Positions 1 through 15,959 of a stretch of DNA of 28,410 nt are shown in pieces (position 1 is the stretch's first letter; each line of letters opens with the position of its first letter). Under the pieces are notes generated by a model. That model was not told the origin of the DNA. It saw only the letters and a list, made by a program, of their open reading frames with translations, and did no database searches. Both the position numbers and the translations under genes were made by a program. The stretch is taken from positions 1 through 28,410 of the forward strand of contig JAWQFM010000031.1 of assembly GCA_033442325.1 (NCBI GenBank), in the 5' to 3' direction. The stretch is from Salpingoeca rosetta. Taxonomy: Eukaryota > Protista > Choanoflagellata.

Positions 1-246
1 GTGTGTGTGTTGCTGTAGTGTGTGTGGTGTGTGTGTGTGTGTGTGTGTGTTGCTGTTGTGTGTGTTGTTGTTGTTGTTTGCAAGTGCCCATGTCATGGCT
101 CCGCGAGTAAACAATTGAGTTTAATCGAAAAGAAACACATGTGATCACGCCCAACGAAACACTACAGTGCTGCACGAGTAACAGGCAATGTACACTTCTC
201 ACAATAACATCAACCACGACCATAGCGGCTGGGTGCTCATCTGCCA

Positions 247-2230
247 TCACTGCGCTTGCATAAACGTGTCAAAGCACTTGTTGGCAATGTTATCACGCCA
301 AACAAGGGCTTCGTGCGCCGGACTCTGGGCAACGACGTCGTCGTCGTCGTCTTCCTCATCTTCAACGTCATCATCATCTTGTGGCTCAGCAATAAAGTTG
401 TGAAGACCAACGCATGCGTTGACGTAATGTATACACTTGTCAATGCTGCAGGTGAAGCGAGAGGACGACAGGATCTTCCATCGAGATTTAAGATGACCGA
501 TCGCCTGCTCCACCTGCGCTCATACAAAGGTGCGGGTGGGATGTAAAGACGACCAGCGACGCAAAGATGGCAGCCAAATGTACGTGCGTCAGAACCCATG
601 CATACCATTGATTATGAGAACGCATGATAGTGATGCGAGCACGATGCCATCGACAACTATGAACCGATTCGCATGCGCAGAAGAACATACCCTTGTTCTT
701 TTCGAGGAATGGCGCCAGTTGAAGCATTCCCGCTCATTTACCGGGGGATTGCCGCCAAACGCACTCACATGGTATCTCGTGTCTGTTCGGAATGATGGGT
801 GGCATGACAGAAGGGAACATTACAGCGGTGCAACCTATACATCGAATGCACCGAGTGCAATCAAACAGCCCATACACCTTATGCATATGCGCACACGTTC
901 ACGCACACACACGTCAAAACACACGTACATTTACACACGCACACATTCACACACACACGCACTCACTCCTGTATGGCGTCAGCATGCGCTTGTTGACGAG
1001 AGGCCCTCCTGCGTCAAACAGTACATACTTCCCGCGAGGTATTGTGTTCAGGAATCCACTCTGCTCCACCATGTAGCTATCATGACAAGCCCCTGCTCAA
1101 ATGGCAAAGTATGAAGGTGCCTTGGTATGAAATGTGCCCATCATGCGAACGACATGATCAACAGAACACGGACACTCTCGTTCTCCAGCCCACCTTCGAA
1201 TCCAGAAGCCACGAAAGAGAACGTTCTGTTGTGGCGAATGCAAACAAGGATGTTCATGGACATAAACCCCTTTCTGCACAGCCATGACTTGCGCTCTTCC
1301 TCTGTCAGCCCTGCAATGGCATACATTGCATCGGGGTATTAGTGAGGTGTTAATGACGCACAACAATCAACCCAGGTCAAGACATGTCAAACAGAAATTG
1401 ACTCACCACGGGGTGTGAAGTGGATCAGGGTGCCGTCGGCCGCCCCCACGCAGTCTTCGAATTGCGGGTCCATGTCCGACCACGTCCGGCACTCGTCGCT
1501 CACCTCGGCTTCGCTTCGAGGAAACGTAATCAACGGTGCCAACCATTCATCAAGACCTATCACAATGCAGTGCTCGTACTCATGAAACAAGGATCGGCTG
1601 ATCCCATACGCATCCTGGCATCGCTGGTACGTGTTCCCAGACGACAGCCTGTGCAGGACCGCTGCAAAGACTACACGCATGTCGATCTAAATGGAAAGCG
1701 ACCAGAACACAAAGGTTGATGTTAAGGAGCACGCTGCACACACGCGCATGAACACACACACACGCACGAACACACACACGAACACGAACACACGCACACA
1801 CACACGCACATGCAAACACACACACGCGCGCGCACATGCAAACACACACAAACACACGCACACACGTACACACACACGCGTACACGCACACACACACACA
1901 CACACGTACGCGCGCACATGCAAACACACACGATCACACGCACACACATTTCAACAATACCTGAGCGTGGCGCCGTGAAGGTATCCATGGTTGTATACCG
2001 TGATAAAGCTCCATAAACTGGGCTTTTGTGACGAAATACTTCATGCGGAAAGCTGGGTCCTCTAGCGCATAGTGGTCGAAGAAGAGATTGTTTGGTACAG
2101 TGTGCTGGACAAGCTGTGCACGCTCATCGTCATCGTCGAGGAGCAGCGCCAACAACAGCCTCCTTCTGCGCCTTCTCATCAGCATCATCAGCAGCAACGA
2201 GAGTTGCTGATGCTGAGTCAGCATCGGCAT
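247..2230 (-). CDS. PIF/Harbinger (HARBI1-like, DDE_Tnp_4) transposase, 6 exons, ~383 aa, apparently intact
   Basis: Hand-spliced exons 2230-1961, 1686-1407, 1310-1194, 1092-967, 782-691 and 513-247 are all GT-AG with matching phases (1152 nt). Motifs: HTH region [32 protein letters not shown] (D1), [23 protein letters not shown] (D2), [31 protein letters not shown] (E), ACVGLHNF. Stop is TGA at 247-249. Confidence 0.92.
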
Positions 2231-2300
2231 GCTGCTACTCTCTTTGCAGTCGTGAAGCCGTTCAATGGAAAATGACCGAGCGCGACAAACAGGAGGGCTC

Positions 2301-2388
2301 GACAAAATTTTGCCGGCAGAATTTTGTCCAAACACGCGTCCTTCGAACAGCTTTCGGACGAAATATTGTCCTCAGACAAAATTCTGTC
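2301..2388. repeat. Cluster of four ~14-bp quasi-palindromic motifs (consensus GACAAAATTTTGTC); the first two form a 28-bp near-perfect palindrome
   Basis: gacaaaattttgcc (2301), ggcagaattttgtc (2315), gacgaaatattgtc (2357), gacaaaattctgtc (2375). They lie upstream of the Harbinger ATG. Confidence 0.8.
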
Positions 2389-2436
2389 TCCTTCGGAAAC
2401 GTCCTGCGTTTTGTGCCCTCGGCAGAAACGAACAAT

Positions 2437-2496
2437 GCACCCCCGAACAAAAGTGCACCCCAGAACGCAGCCAGAGAGGAAGGAGCTGACTTGAAG
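2437..2496 (+). repeat. Left terminal inverted repeat (core) of the MULE
   Basis: gcacccccgaacaaaagtgcaccccagaacgcagccagagaggaaggagctgacttgaag is the reverse complement of 12385-12444 with a single mismatch. Confidence 0.9.
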
Positions 2497-3106
2497 CTTT
2501 GACTTGAAGCCACTTGAAGGTCATCCCGCTAAATGCGGAGACGTGTGCTTCCCTGGCCGTACAGAGTCCCGTGCTTGTACTTGTGGCAGTTATTCTTTGC
2601 CCCTGATGCTCCTGCCTTCTTGTGAGACGTTATTGGAACAACAAAGTAACACTGGCAGACCGCAGGTACACATAAGGTTGGGTATGCAATTGCACGCAAA
2701 ACAACAAGCTGTTTGATCTTTTTTTGACAGTGTGTTATTGTTTCCGTATTCTGTGTTATGTTCTGTGGTGTGTTATTTGTTATCGTGTGTATTCGAATTG
2801 ACAAGAACTGCGAGTGCTAGTCCTTGCAGCTTTACAGAGCAGAAGAAGGGTTCAGAGTGCCGTCCACTTGTGCCTTGATAAGTTTGCGTTACTGCAACAA
2901 AACCACACACACACACACACACACAAAAAAAAAAACAGCTGTGCGGTTGCTCGACTGTGTTGGCGACCTTGGAGACATGTGGTCAGTGCTGCGTCTATGC
3001 TGTCGAGAAGAAGAGCGTTCGAGTGACGCACTCAAGCATTCGACACTTCATATGAAACACAGCTTGAACAAGTCAACCAACATGCATCAAAGTGGATGGT
3101 TAATAA

Positions 3107-3146
3107 TTTAAACACACTCAGCATCGTTTAAACACACTCAGCATCG
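3107..3146. repeat. Perfect 20-bp tandem duplication in the MULE 3' non-coding region
   Basis: tttaaacacactcagcatcg occurs twice in tandem. Confidence 0.85.
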
Positions 3147-3400
3147 CATCGCACATTACATACGTTTGCACTCTTATGAAGGCTCAAAGTGAAACCGTGT
3201 ATGATGAAAAGAACACGAATGTGACGTGGGAACAACACAGACACTCAAATGCAAAACACAGAAACTAAAATGCACTCGCTCTGTCCCCTACCCACCCACA
3301 GGTGCACACACAACGAACATACACACACGCGCACGCGCACGCAGCGCACAGATGCACACATGAGGGTGGGGGACTTGTTGCAGCAACAACCTGCTGTTGG

Positions 3401-3809
3401 TCAAGTCAGTTGAGACATGGCATGCGCTAATTTCACCACCAGCCCCTCTTCCCCTTCGTACTCTTCCTCCTCTTCCTCCTCTTCCTCCTCTTCATCCTCT
3501 CCTTCCCCTTCATCTTCTCCCTCTTGTTGCTCCCCTTCTTGGACCTCTTCGTAAAACAGCAAGTATGCATCTGGGCTGACAGCATCGTCTGCTGTCAGTG
3601 CGTAGACATGTTCGTCACTGAACTCTTCCCATCTGCCAACAGAGCAAGTCATGAATGAGTGAGCATAGCCGCACCATTACTGTGATGGTTGCATGACACA
3701 TTCCTTTACTCGACAAGGTGCTTCCACACAAACAAACACATGTACACGCATACACAAACACATGCACACACGTATACAAACACACACACACACACACAGC
3801 CACACACAG

Positions 3810-3846
<37 letters not shown>

Positions 3847-4355
3847 CACAAACAAACACACGGGCACACACACACACACATGCACAAACAAACACACGGG
3901 CACACGCGTACATACACACGCACACACACGCATAGACACTGCCGCTCACCTGCCCTTGTGGTTTGCAATTGCAGTGTAATGGCCGTTCGCTGTGGAGCCG
4001 TAGTGGTTTGCAACAGCACACAGGCGATACTGTCTTTGCTCTCCTGGTCGACGACCGCAGTCCCCAAATCCCTGACAAAGAAACAGTTGCCGTGCACAAA
4101 GAAGCAGCGCAAGTTAAAAGGCAGCGAGTGGGGTGCCACCAGAGACAATGGTGAACAGTAGCGGGAGCGCGGGGTGGGGGGATCGCAATGCGCAGAAGCA
4201 GAGTAGCTCACCATAACTTCATTCCCTGTGAGCTGAAGGTTGTGTGGAAATTCAACCTGTCACATCACACCGCCAAGCTGCCGAGTGAGCCGGTGGGAAG
4301 TTTCGCCATGACAGAAGTAGGCCATCCACAGACTCCCCAAGCAAGCACCTTCCAA

Positions 4356-4406
<51 letters not shown>

Positions 4407-4762
4407 CACACACACACACACGAACGCGTGCAACCGCACGCGCCACGGCATGTGCAACAGCATGTACAACCGCACGCACAACACGCACAACACGCACACA
4501 CACACACTCATGCTTCTGCTTCGAGGATTCACGTGCGCGTGCAACAAGGATGAACACGCACCATGGTCTTAGTCTTGTGCATGCCAGCTTTGTCGAAGGT
4601 GAAGCGCATGAGGTGGACGATAAGGTAGCGTGGGAGTCGCCAAATGCCCGTGCACTTCTCGGCATCGCGATGCGTCTTGCATTGGGGGCATTTCCTGCAT
4701 TGCGGAGTAAGGGGTGGTATGCGTAATGTTAGAGCCAAGCGTTGGTACATAGAAGCTGACTC

Positions 4763-4834
<72 letters not shown>

Positions 4835-6472
4835 ATACACACACGCACACAGACAATACACACACACACGCACACAGACAATACACACACGCGCACAGAC
4901 AATACACACACGCGCACAGACAATACACACACACGCACACAGACAATACACACACACACGCACACAGACAATACACACACACACGCACACAGACAATACA
5001 CACACGCATGTTTAGTGCGAACAGCACGTGGTAATGTGATTTCACCATCGCATATCGCCGGTGAGGTTCTCGGGGCGTGAAAAGAGATCGAAGCAGTGCA
5101 AGAGGGCATGAGAGCCAGCCTGCGGCACAGGTAGCGACAGGCACCGGAATGTCTCGTATTTGCTTGATTCGTAATGGCACACACTGCACTTCAAGACGCT
5201 GCGTAATTGGCCCTGTCAATTCGTGTCAGCATCAAACGTAAATCGTGGGAACGCAGCTTTCGGGTTCAACACAGTTGGTCACCGCTCATGAACACGTTGA
5301 TGCACGTTGAAAACACGATGCGCACGCACACTTGGGTGTACGCACGACAAGTGCGTACACATATAAGCAACACATGTGTTGGTACTCGAGACGCACACAT
5401 GTACACACCCACACGCACGCACACATGCACACATGCACACGCACATGCACACGCACACACACATGCACACACACACACGCACATGTACACACATGAAATC
5501 ACACAGGCTCTCACGTAACACTTTGTGCATGCGCACACATATGTACCACCAACCAACCTGAAAGAGGTCTGTGATTGTGGACGTGCCGCGGGAAATGAAC
5601 TGTTCCAAAGCCTCATCTCTAGCACTCTCGTCCGCTGCAGTGCTCAGGTCAATCACGGTTGGCGACTGTAAACGCGAGTGGAAATGAGGTTCAAAATGGG
5701 GGTAGGCACAAGGCGCGCATCAAACCCAACAAAGACGCTCTCCGGGCATTAAGCCTGCCTTGTAACGCGCCATCTCGTTCAATCGTCCAACTCTCAACCG
5801 TACCTCCGCGAAAGGCTGGCGCAGCTGCTCGTGGAGATCACCAAGGAGCGCCAATAAGAAGTCCTACAGGTACATTGGTGGTAGCGAACATGGATGAACT
5901 TGTATGCGCAGCATGTCATGTCATCGGCAGCAGGAAAGGTAACAATGGCACAGCATTACCACGACCACGTCGTCAATGACAAGGTGAACAGCCAGAGTAC
6001 CAACATGGGAGTCGTGCGGGTAATCGTTGTCGAACTGTCTGTGGTTCTTGACAAATGCGCGGTAAAATGATCTTGTGCAGTCTATTATTTCCAGGCTCAA
6101 GGCCCTTTCTCTCGCGAGCTCGGCCATCACCTGACCCAAATTGCCGGCGATTCCATCCTGCACAATCCGCTCGCACAAGCACACGTGGTCGTGTTTGAGT
6201 CTATGCACGATTATGTTGCATGTCCATGTGTAACCAGGCAGCAAACATCAGCAGTGGTCAAGCACATTGCACAGCATGCGTTGTCGTTTTGCACAGGCAC
6301 ATACATCAGGCGTCAAATGCTGCCGAAATGACTCGATGTGGAAGAGGCACTGCAGGATGGTGTTCATGTAGCAAGTGTTTCCCGAGTTTGGTAGTCCAAT
6401 ACCGCGAGGTTTCCGGTCCTGTAAGGGCCGGCTGCTGGCAAGAGTCTCGTAATAATCGCACAACTCATCGGC
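3401..6472 (-). CDS. Ubiquitin-specific protease (peptidase C19/UCH) catalytic domain, 9 exons; probably the C-terminal part of the MULE protein
   Basis: Exons 6472-6305, 6157-6005, 5863-5804, 5665-5558, 5212-5046, 4694-4562, 4256-4212, 4071-3950 and 3632-3401 are all in phase. Motifs: Cys box [85 protein letters not shown], His box [35 protein letters not shown]. An acidic tail and TGA follow. Confidence 0.93.
4829..5005. repeat. Intronic ~22-24-bp minisatellite (CAGACAATACACACACGCACA-like) grown out of a (CA)n tract
   Basis: Recurrent gacaatacacac units inside the USP intron 4695-5045. Confidence 0.8.
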
Positions 6473-6770
6473 CTGATCGTGTACATGCGTGTGCGTGTGC
6501 ATGCGAGTGCATGCGTGTGTGTGTGTGTGTGCGTGTGTGTGTGTGTGCGTGTGCATGTCTATGTGTGTACGTGTGCATGTGTGCATGTGTGTGCATGTGC
6601 ATGTGTGCATGTGTGTGTGTGCGCGTGTGTGTGTGCGTGTGCATGTGTGCATGTGCGTGTGGATGGGTGTGGGAAGGAGACGACAAGATAGTTACAAGGA
6701 TGTAGGTGGGTTGACGCGGGAGAAAGACGAGGTACCAGGCGCAGAGATGCACGCGAGGGTTGTGTCTCAC

Positions 6771-8383
6771 CTCCTCTCTTGAGCACTGCTCGATGGTCAT
6801 AATAAGGTAGCTGGCTGTCTCCTTCCATATTGCGAATCCCCACTTCGTTATGAGTGGCAAGCTCAACCAATGGAGGTACTTGTTCATGTCCTGTGGCAAC
6901 GTGTGACGAGAATAATCCATGACATCCCACACGTCAGCAAGTGGGTATTCAAATACGGAAGGAGACGGTACAACTGTGCTTGGCAACATGCAAGTACTCC
7001 TGCGCGTGCACAAGCAACATCACACATAACAGGCCCAGGCTAGACACACACACGTAAATGCACACACACACATACAACCCACACACAACCACACACACAC
7101 ACACACACACATGAGAGCGTGCTGAGCAAAGCAGCCATGAACGAACCAGATCGTGCACGACGTCGACGGCAGGGCCGAGACGAAACACAATCGAAGGGGC
7201 CGAACATTGAGACGCGCTAAGGTCGCGGGCTGACCAGTGGCGCATCCCGTCCTCGCCATCCATGAGCGGAGTTTGTATTGTGCCTTCCAGCACACCCTTG
7301 ATGTACTTGTGTATTGTCGCGACAGGGGAACAAGTAAAAAGGTGAGTCGGCAGCGGATTCGTTCTCGTCCACGCACAACACACAACACAACACACACAAC
7401 ACACACAACACACACAACACACACACACACAGACACACACAGGCAGACACACACACACACACAGGCACACACACACACACACAGGCACACACACACGGAC
7501 ACACAACACACACACACACACAGGCACACACACAGGCATACATACACAGGCACACACGCCAGCACCCCAAATCATGCACACACACGCACACATACACACG
7601 CGCGTGCAACGCACAATCGCAAGAAATACGAGCACATGTACAAACACGTACGTCATGGTATCCTTGGCTCTTCAGTATTGCGTCCGCTCTGCGGCAGTAC
7701 TCCTCTCGCTTGTCTGAAGGGTGTCGCGTGAATGTAAAACGCCGTAAAACGTGTATGAGCAACTCAACGTGCGCCCGCCTACCAACTCACCCACCCAAGA
7801 CCGTTCGCATTGACCTACGTACCACGAGCCTGTCTGAGTTGTTCCTGGCGTCTAGCCTCAAGTTCAGCCCTCCGCCGTCGTTGCAACGCCTTCCGCCGTT
7901 GGCGCAGTGAATCTTGCTCCTGGCGCGTCCGCTCATGTGCTATCTGGAGATACTTCTGTGTTGTCCTATTGGCCTGCTCAAGTGGCGTAAGGTCCTTCTC
8001 CTGCACCAGCTTGCGAATGCGTGTGTGTTTGGCAGCCCAGGCGTCTCGGCGGTGGTCGGTCCACGCAGCGGTGTAGTCGTCGGTCGCGGGCACCCGTCGC
8101 GCCTTCCAAGTGCCCCACAGCTTGTACCAAACATGGCCGTCCCGAAGGAACTCAAACTAAACGTGATGGAGGATGCGCACACGCACAGTGAATTCAAGGT
8201 TGCCGATGACGATGGAAAGTTGCGCGACGCAAACAGCAGAAGGTCACCGTCAACGCCAGACTCGCAGCAAATGCATACGTACAGTGGCGGGCACCCAGAT
8301 CCTTTCGTCACTCTTCGGCATCCTGAGAAGTGAAGGCGAGACCTTCACCCAGAAGAACTTTCCCCGTTGAAGCGTGGTACGAA
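6771..8383 (-). CDS. Linker exons between transposase and USP: PWWP/Tudor-like segment, charged coiled coil and an unassigned region
   Basis: Exons 8383-8283, 8156-7823, 7713-7652, 7305-7147 and 6890-6771 join in frame: [28 protein letters not shown]|[22 protein letters not shown]...[27 protein letters not shown]|DKREEYC...|YIKGVLEG...|DMNKYLHW...CSREE. The 7305 acceptor (AAG) and the 7147-6890 junction are the least certain. Confidence 0.65.
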
Positions 8384-8651
8384 CTGTAGTGTCGCGAGTA
8401 AGTGAGCGAGTGTGTGAGTGTGTAAGTGAGTGTGTGAGCGTGAGTGAGTGAGGGAGTGTGAGTTTGTGATTGAAGAGATTAGATGGCTGCCAATGCACAT
8501 TCAAGTTAAGTGCAGCAGAAGCGCCTACGCGCTGTACGCACGCACACTCGCACATGTACATGCTCACACATGCACACGTTGCGTGCGCAAGTATACATAC
8601 ACGTGACACATGCACAAGCACATCAGTGGTTGTACGAGGGTAGCCACTCAC

Positions 8652-12381
<3,730 letters not shown>

Positions 12382-12384
12382 AGC

Positions 12385-12444
12385 CTTCAAGTCAGCTCCT
12401 TCCTCTCTGGCTGCGTTCTGGGGAGCACTTTTGTTCGGGGGTGC
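12385..12444 (-). repeat. Right terminal inverted repeat (core) of the MULE
   Basis: cttcaagtcagctccttcctctctggctgcgttctggggagcacttttgttcgggggtgc matches 2437-2496 inverted at 59/60. It also shows up as the shared peptide APPNKSAPQNAAREEGADLK in opposite-strand ORFs. Confidence 0.9.
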
Positions 12445-13038
12445 TTTTTTCGTTCCCCCAATGGCTAATTTTGTGTTTATCCCTCCCAGCTGCAAACAGC
12501 CAGCTTCTGCCAGCAGCAGCGGGCAATGTGTTGGTTTGTTGGTTGGTTGCTTGCTTGGTTGGGGAATGTGTTCAGCAGCAAGTGGTGGTGGTGCATTCTC
12601 TGCTGCTGCTGCATCGGCGGTGGAGGGTGGGCTGCTGCTGCTGCTGTTGTTGTTGTTGTTGTGATGGCCATCAGGGAGGGCGAGAAAGAGAGGGGAATAT
12701 AAGCAGCAGCTGCAAGGTGGAGAATGTGCAGGTGTGCAGGCAGTTGTGTGTGAGAACGACGAATGAGACAGCGCATCAAGCACGGCAATACAGGCAGTTG
12801 CACGACACACATGCACACATTGATGTGGGACAAGAAGGGGAGACAGGAACAGCAGAGACAGCGACCACAAAACACGCACACTGTTGCTGTGCGCAGCATA
12901 CACACACACACACACATACGTACAGTGATGCACTCACGTTGCTCATCGCTTGCTTGCTTGTGGTGTGGTGTTGCTGCTGCTGTTTCCACAGCCGCACAGG
13001 CGTGGCTGGAAGGTCATCGCATGGCAGCGCCCTTCTGT

Positions 13039-13622
13039 TCATCCCACCAGAGCAGTGGTGGTTGGTGGGAGGGGGAGGGGTGACAGCTGCTGGCTCAAGG
13101 CCCTCTGTGTGTGGCGACAGCAGAAAGAAGGAAGGGGAAACGAGCAAGTGTGGAAGGTGGTGGTGATAGTGGTGTTGAGGGTGGGAGAGGGAAGGAGGTG
13201 AGCAAACACACAAGAAAATGAGGCGGTGGTGATGATGGCGTGTGGATGGGTGGAGAAGAGAACACGCACGTCGACACACACACACACTCACGCACACCTG
13301 CAACGCGTTGTCGCCGCTGAACAGGTTGATCCTGGCAGACTCCAGTGCTGACAGCAGCAAATAGAACAGTCATGATACACGATTTGGCAGATGGGGAGAG
13401 TGGTTGAATGGACACGAGAACAAGTGAGCAACGCACACACCACCACAAACGTCGCCACACTCACTCCACAACTCCCTGTGCCAACAACTCGCTCCCTCAC
13501 CTGTGTGCACTTGGGTGGAGAGAGACTTGAAGAACTCCTCAAACACAAACACAACGCGTCTCCGCATTATCTCCACCACCTCATCAGGGATCGACCGCAG
13601 GATCCTCGGAAGCTGAACACAG

Positions 13623-13716
<94 letters not shown>

Positions 13717-14037
13717 ATATGAAAGCTATCACCATCCACAATCTCATCTTAAAATACTTCACACCCACACTCATCATTTCACATTCTAGGTGTCAGCGAT
13801 TNNNNNNNNNNNNNNNNNNNNNNNNNNNNNNNNNNNNNNNNNNNNNNNNNNNNNNNNNNNNNNNNNNNNNNNNNNNNNNNNNNNNNNNNNNNNNNNNNNN
13901 NTCCATCCATACGCACCAGCACGTAGTGATCGACGACAATGACGGGTATGGCACCCGCAGCCATGATCTATGAGGCATGAAAGGGGGTGGCGGGAGGTGG
14001 AAGGTGGGTAAGAGCACAAACAGGACCGAAATCGTCT

Positions 14038-14117
<80 letters not shown>

Positions 14118-15570
14118 CACACACACGCACACACACACACACACGCACACACACACCTGAAGGAGTGGTAGCCAAATCCTTCCACGATGAGCCCAAACTT
14201 GGTCTCCAGCGCCAGCTCCGTGTTTGAACTCTTCCTCTGCCTACTTGCACGAGGGGTCATATCCAACCTTCGCCCTCACGGCCCATGCGCACCTCGCCAA
14301 ACCACCTGCACGCGCACACCAACACAATGTCCCTGCGCATATACAAGCAATCATACAAAGAGACAATGTGTGTATGTGTGTGAGGTGGATCCAGACAGAC
14401 ACGCACGCAGCATCAATACCATTTCACGCCGAGGCAACGCACGACGCACACACACGGAACGAAGTAACACACAACACTCGCACGCGAAGCACACCTCACC
14501 TGTCGTTGTGCAGCTTGGGGAGGTGGTTGCGCATGGCATGAGAGCGAGCAGACTTGGTAGTACCCCTGTACAACAGGGAAAGAAGACACATGTCAAGCAG
14601 CGGCACCATGACAGGTTTGGAGTGAGATTGCAGCGGCATAAGAAGGGCGAGTGGTGGTGCAGTGAGCGACACCAACCCCTCAAAACCAGCAGCAGCAGTG
14701 AACATCGAACCTCACATCGCACCACGTCACAACACGGGCAACACATGCGTGCACACACCTGAAGGTGACGAGGTATTTCCTGTTTGTGCGGGTGGAACGC
14801 GTCGCTGCTCCGGTGTGAATGAATGAATGTCACCATGGAGAAGCGTGGCATGGACACATCGAGGCTGTCACAGTGGTGGAATTCACTGAGGTGGTGTGAT
14901 GAGATGGAACAGACAGGATTGGTGAAGCGTGTAAGCATCAGCAGTCGCACATGGTGCGTGGCAACCCCCATATGCATTTCTCTTCCAACACACACACACC
15001 TACCTGAGTCAGCATCGTGGATCGACGAGGAGGAGGTGATGGACGAGCCAGGGCATGTGACACAGCAAGCCGTTGCCAGCCAACACAAATACCATACCAC
15101 TTCTGGAACGAACAGGATGGTTGCGTCCACCGCACTTGCGGCTGCATCGACGATGAGGATGGATGGCGAGGTTGCATGGAATGCCGTGGCAGGAAAAGGC
15201 CAGTGTCCGCAGCCACGCCGCTGATCCATTTGCATCCGCTGTGTAGCAGTTCACCAAGCGTCGTGGTGTTCGCTGTGCTCGTGCTGCGATCAGTGGTCAC
15301 ACCCATAGAGGAGATATGTTGTGAGCTAGCAATCCGCCTGCAGTGCCCACTTGGCTCAATCGGCTCGCAGACTGTTGATGGTGGTCATGTCAACCACTGC
15401 TGCTGTCGCAGCTATTGTCACTGCTGCTGTTGTTGTTGATGGGCTGATGATGAGCACAGAGGTGGTGGGAGTTGCGTCAAAGGGAGGGATGCCGTGGATG
15501 AGGCCGTTGCTGGCGACGACGCCACCAAACCCCCAATCACAGTTGCCAGTGCCCTTGCCGAGTACATCTT
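13039..15570 (-). pseudogene. Exostosin-family (GT47, EXT-like) glycosyltransferase; 5' part apparently disrupted, boundaries approximate
   Basis: Exon peptides: ATILFVPEVVWY; FHHCDSLDVSMP; YRGTTKSARSHAMRNHLPKLHNDR; ELALETKFGLIVEGFGYHSFR; IMAAGAIPVIVVDHYVL; LPRILRSIPDEVVEIMRRRVVFVFEEFFKSLSTQVHT|ALESARINLF (13612-13501, 13347-13298). These follow the exostosin domain motif order. I found no clean frame across 15000-15570, and a gap lies at 13802-13901. Confidence 0.7.
13802..13901. other. Assembly gap (100 N)
   Basis: Run of n. Confidence 0.99.
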
Positions 15571-15959
15571 GGATGCTGTTGCCAGACAGTGGGCTGACTG
15601 ACAGTGTTTGTGGCTTGTGTTACACATGTATGCAACGGGCCAAGAAGGAGACTTGTTTGTGATTGTTCACTGCTTGCTGGCTGGCTTGCCGTGCACTTGT
15701 CGTGCTTTTGTCCCGGTCGCAAGCAGCACAGCAGTTGATACCCCCCTTCCCTTTCGTTCCTCCACGCAGAGCACTGCTCCATCAAGCCGTTCTGCGTGTC
15801 TGTGCGTGCATGTGCGTGCTTGTACGTGCTTGTGCGTGCTTGTGCGTCTGCCTTCCATCACACAACAGTGAACCCCTTTTCAACAACAAAGAAGAAAGTG
15901 CTGACTCGGCACAATTCTGTTTGTGTTTGTGTTTTGTGGGCAAGAAGACAAGAAGGAAG

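Noticed and set aside
80-246. Left TIR of the Harbinger element
   Set aside because: I found no inverted match to the 2390-2436 region; the end probably lies outside the window.
4829-5005. Regularly spaced repeats resembling a CRISPR array
   Set aside because: Eukaryotic intron with no unique spacers and no cas genes; it is a minisatellite.
7914-8333. Plus-strand 139-aa ORF as a MudrB-like second gene
   Set aside because: It is antisense to well-phased minus-strand exons, starts at a non-ATG codon and shows no recognisable motif.
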